From positions 1-59,247 of the forward strand of contig JAZSJS010000030.1 in assembly GCA_045534435.1 (NCBI GenBank): a DNA stretch of 59,247 nucleotides, in the 5' to 3' direction. A model generated the notes under the pieces. It was not told where the DNA came from. It searched no databases and saw only the letters and a list, made by a program, of their open reading frames with translations. Position numbers and translations under genes: made by a program. The stretch is from Eubacteriales bacterium (GTDB taxonomy: Bacteria; Bacillota; Clostridia; Oscillospirales; CAG-272). Position 1 is the stretch's first letter. Each line of letters opens with the position of its first letter. Below are positions 56,489 through 59,247 of the stretch, one piece after another.

Positions 56489-56793
56489 GGGCAACGATTT
56501 TGATTTATATTGCGGTGATGGCACTGACGACCTATCTGATCCGCATGATCCCTCTGACCGCATTCCGCCGACGCATCACCTCTCGCTTTGCGCGCAGCTT
56601 CTTTCATTATATTCCTTATGCGGTTCTTGCGGCAATGACCTTTCCCGCGATCTTTTATTCCACGGGAAGCCTGTTGTCTGCAACGGTTGGCTTGGTCGTG
56701 GCGATGGTGCTCGCCTTTTGCGGCGCGTCTCTCATCGTCGTCTCCCTTGCCGCGTCTGCGGTCGCGTTTCTGATCGGATTTTTGCCTTTTTGA
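56485..56793 (+). CDS. azlD: AzlD-family small membrane subunit
   Basis: 102 aa and hydrophobic. TYLIRMIPL motif. GTG start overlaps the azlC stop, with GGAGGAG upstream. Confidence 0.8.
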   Translation: MRATILIYIAVMALTTYLIRMIPLTAFRRRITSRFARSFFHYIPYAVLAAMTFPAIFYSTGSLLSATVGLVVAMVLAFCGASLIVVSLAASAVAFLIGFLPF

Positions 56794-56827
56794 GGATTGT
56801 TTTTTGATAGCTTGTTCTAAATTGAAG

Positions 56828-56870
56828 AAACCTCCCATATAGTTTACCAAACAGCTATATGGGAGGTTTT
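56828..56870 (+). terminator. 15-bp hairpin: probable azlCD terminator whose 3' arm contains the spoIVA RBS
   Basis: AAACCTCCCATATAG (12-nt loop) CTATATGGGAGGTTT, perfectly paired. The GGGAGG in the 3' arm is the only SD for the spoIVA ATG at 56874. Confidence 0.6.
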
Positions 56871-56873
56871 ATC

Positions 56874-58352
56874 ATGCCGGAGCATTCAATTTACAAGGAC
56901 ATCGCCGAGCGGACAGGCGGGGATATTTACGTTGGAGTGGTGGGACCGGTCCGCAGCGGAAAATCCACCTTTATCAAGCGGTTTATGGAATCGGTCGTGC
57001 TTCCGAACATCAGCGAGGGCTATTCCCGAGACCGTGCGCGTGACGAGCTTCCGCAGTCCGCGGCGGGCAAGACCGTGATGACCACAGAGCCGAAATTCAT
57101 TCCCGAGGAGGCAGTTCCCGTTGTGCTGGATCACAACGCGCAGATGCGTGTGCGGATGATCGACTGTGTGGGATACCTCATTCCCGAGGCGATGGGGGCA
57201 ATTGAGAACGGACAGCCGCGCATGGTGCGCACGCCCTGGCGCGAGGAGGCGATGCCCTTTGTGGAGGCGGCGGAGATGGGTACGCACAAGGTCATCACCG
57301 AGCATTCCACCATCGGAATGCTGGTCACCACCGACGGAACGATCGGAGAGATCCCGAGAGAGTCCTACGTGGATGCGGAGGAGCGTATCGTGAACGAGCT
57401 TCGCGAGATCGGCAAGCCCTTTGCCGTGATCCTCAATTCGGCGCAGCCCGCGAGCGAATCCGCGCGTGCGTTGGCATATGAATTGGAAGAAAAATACGGT
57501 GTTCCGGTGGCGCTTGTGAGCTGTCTGGAGCTGGATGCCGAGGATATTCGCCACATTCTCGGGCTGGTCCTGGAGGAATTTCCGGTGGCGGAGATCAGCA
57601 TCCGTATGCCCGAATGGATGAATGCGCTCGACGAGAGCCATCGCATCCGAGCATCGGTGCAGGCATCCTTGCGCCGATGCGCCGATAAGGTGCGCCGTGT
57701 GGGAGACGTCAGGGACGCATTTGCGGCGATGGCGGAAAACGAATACGTTTCGTCTTTGAATACCGATCTGTTGGATCTGGGAACCGGGTGCGCCGGCATG
57801 ACGCTTTCGATGCAGGACGGACTCTATTACACGGTCATCAGCGAGCTGACGGGCTTCGAGATTGCCGGGGAGCGCGAGCTGATCGCCAAGATGCGCGAGC
57901 TTGCCGCGATCAAAGAAAAATACGACAAGGTTGCCGAGGCGCTGGAGCAGGTCAACGAGGGTGGCTACGGCATCGTGATGCCCGACGTGGAGGATCTGCG
58001 CCTGGAGGAGCCGCGCATCGTCAAGCAGGCGGGCGGCTACGGGGTCAAGCTTCGTGCCTCGGCACAGTCGGTGCACATGATCCGGGCCAACATCGAAACC
58101 GAGATCAACCCGATCGTGGGCACCGAGCAGCAGTCCGAGGACCTCGTGCGCTATATGCTGCGCGAATTTGAGGAGGATCCCAAGAGCATTTGGGCATCCA
58201 ATCTGTTTGGAAAATCGCTCTATGAGCTTGTCAACGAGGGACTTCACACCAAGCTTGCGCATATGCCCGACGAATCGCGTCTCAAGCTTTCCGAAACGCT
58301 TGAGCGCATCATCAACGAGGGAAGCAACGGATTGATCTGTATTTTGCTGTAA
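56874..58352 (+). CDS. spoIVA: Stage IV sporulation protein A (spore coat morphogenetic ATPase)
   Basis: 492 aa. IYKDIAERTGGDIYVGVVGPVRSGKSTFIKRFME Walker A N-terminus and a conserved C-terminus ending NEGSNGLICILL. Confidence 0.93.
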   Translation: MPEHSIYKDIAERTGGDIYVGVVGPVRSGKSTFIKRFMESVVLPNISEGYSRDRARDELPQSAAGKTVMTTEPKFIPEEAVPVVLDHNAQMRVRMIDCVGYLIPEAMGAIENGQPRMVRTPWREEAMPFVEAAEMGTHKVITEHSTIGMLVTTDGTIGEIPRESYVDAEERIVNELREIGKPFAVILNSAQPASESARALAYELEEKYGVPVALVSCLELDAEDIRHILGLVLEEFPVAEISIRMPEWMNALDESHRIRASVQASLRRCADKVRRVGDVRDAFAAMAENEYVSSLNTDLLDLGTGCAGMTLSMQDGLYYTVISELTGFEIAGERELIAKMRELAAIKEKYDKVAEALEQVNEGGYGIVMPDVEDLRLEEPRIVKQAGGYGVKLRASAQSVHMIRANIETEINPIVGTEQQSEDLVRYMLREFEEDPKSIWASNLFGKSLYELVNEGLHTKLAHMPDESRLKLSETLERIINEGSNGLICILL

Positions 58353-58435
58353 ATATGAAAAAAATGAACGATTTCAAGGGCACGTACTCTAAAGGATCGC
58401 TTTGAAATTCAATAGAATATGTTTCCTACCGACAG

Positions 58436-58475
58436 AAAAAGTGCGAAGAATTTTACCGATTCTTCGCACTTTTTT
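58436..58475. terminator. Bidirectional terminator between spoIVA and the Cys-rich ORF
   Basis: AAAAA GTGCGAAGAAT TTTACCG ATTCTTCGCAC TTTTTT. Confidence 0.8.
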
Positions 58476-58653
58476 ATATGATCATCAAATTGTTCTTTGG
58501 ATCAAGCTTAGGATAACAAAGTAAATAGTAGTCACAATCGTCGCAACAACACTCAAGGCCTTGCGCTCCGTTACCAAGACAAACGGTTGGTTTTCCCGGC
58601 GTAAGTTCTACACCGGTAATATCTATTACTCTTTTTGGAATATTCTTGCTCAT
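58474..58653 (-). CDS. Small Cys-rich protein, unknown function
   Basis: 59 aa with VCLGNG...ECCCDDCDYYLLCYP (6 Cys in 24 residues). GGGGGA RBS before the ATG at 58653. Confidence 0.5.
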   Translation of the reverse strand: MSKNIPKRVIDITGVELTPGKPTVCLGNGAQGLECCCDDCDYYLLCYPKLDPKNNLMII

Positions 58654-58724
58654 ATATCCCCCTGCCGAATATAAAAAGGTGCGCAACCGAAGCTACGCAC
58701 CGAAAAACGCAAACTCCGATTGCT

Positions 58725-58885
58725 GCTACACAAAACCAGATAAACGGGATAATGGTATCCGACATACTACCTGTTGGAATTTGCATTTTTGCCAAATTCA
58801 AAAGTAGTATGTCTAAAAAAGGGTATCATATCCCTCTATAAATAGAAAGACCATTAGCCCTAAAGTTTATTCGGTTTTGTGTAGC
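58725..58885. repeat. Nested inverted-repeat element (about 160 nt)
   Basis: Perfect 13-bp outer inverted repeat GCTACACAAAACC / GGTTTTGTGTAGC (58725-37 and 58873-85). Perfect 10-bp inner inverted repeat GACATACTAC / GTAGTATGTC (58761-70 and 58804-13). Further imperfect pairing occurs in the central loop. Confidence 0.6.
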
Positions 58886-59247
58886 CTATTCATTATATCA
58901 CAATTTTTGCGGTTTGTAAACATATTTAGTGAAAATTATAAAATGACCTTCCGAGAATTAGAAAAAACCTTCCTCCAAAAGAAGAGTGGCATGGCTTACC
59001 GTGACGGAGAAATTGTAAAGGTTCGTTTCAGCACAGGAACAATCCCTCACCGCTTGCGGCGGAGCTCCCTTTACACAAAGGAGCCTTGGGTTGTGCGAGT
59101 TTTTCGAACGGCAAAAAATTCTGATATGGTTTTTAATTAAAGCATACCAAAAATGAAAAAATACGGTATACCTCTTTTGAGATATGCCGTATTTCTGAAA
59201 ACGGTTCTTTAGAGTGACGTTTTAACCGCCGTTTTGTCTTGGGTGAA

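Noticed and set aside
58877-59140. 87-aa ORF near the window end (possible start MTFRELEK at 58943)
   Set aside because: There is no convincing RBS, and the best promoter-like hexamers abut the ATG. The sequence is AT-rich and low in complexity, and no family is recognised. Support is insufficient to call a gene.

Overview
This is a chromosomal segment from an endospore-forming Firmicute, probably a Clostridia-type organism. The evidence is gpr, spoIIP, sigG and spoIVA, a Phe T-box leader, RNase P RNA, and many near-consensus sigma-A promoters with GGAGG ribosome-binding sites. Most of the window is densely packed housekeeping DNA. It includes a partial MalK-type ABC ATPase, a CPBP protease, tadA, asnA, asnS, pheST, an orphan oversized peptide-type binding protein, eno, rluA-family, birA, rnpB, tRNA-Ser(CGA), rhaB and prs. 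It also holds a four-gene polysaccharide cluster, three ABC exporters, murE with an Asp/Glu-type racemase, azlCD and GNATs. All long ORFs lying antisense to these genes are treated as shadow ORFs of GC-rich coding DNA.

The regions worth a second look are:
1. An AT-richer islet directly downstream of tRNA-Ser (about 30.98-34.35 kb). It opens with six head-to-head copies of the 10-mer GATGATATAC, interleaved with seven or eight short GC-rich hairpins of unrelated sequence. It continues with a small acidic protein gene, a 360-nt spacer full of mutually exclusive helices, and a coupled pair made of a 535-aa membrane coiled-coil protein and a divergent LemA.
2. A tight three-gene operon (3.5-7.6 kb): a lipoprotein with a transglutaminase-like domain, a DltA-like adenylating enzyme, and a DUF2156-plus-GNAT fusion. 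No dltBCD genes accompany it.
3. A murE / racemase / 137-aa ATP-grasp-N-terminal-like ORF operon.
4. A 1184-aa membrane-anchored surface protein carrying InlB-type B repeats.
5. A frameshifted solute-binding protein gene.
6. A hairpin that buries the spoIVA ribosome-binding site.

No CRISPR array, integrase, transposase or recognisable defence gene was seen. All family assignments come from reading motifs by eye. No database search was run.
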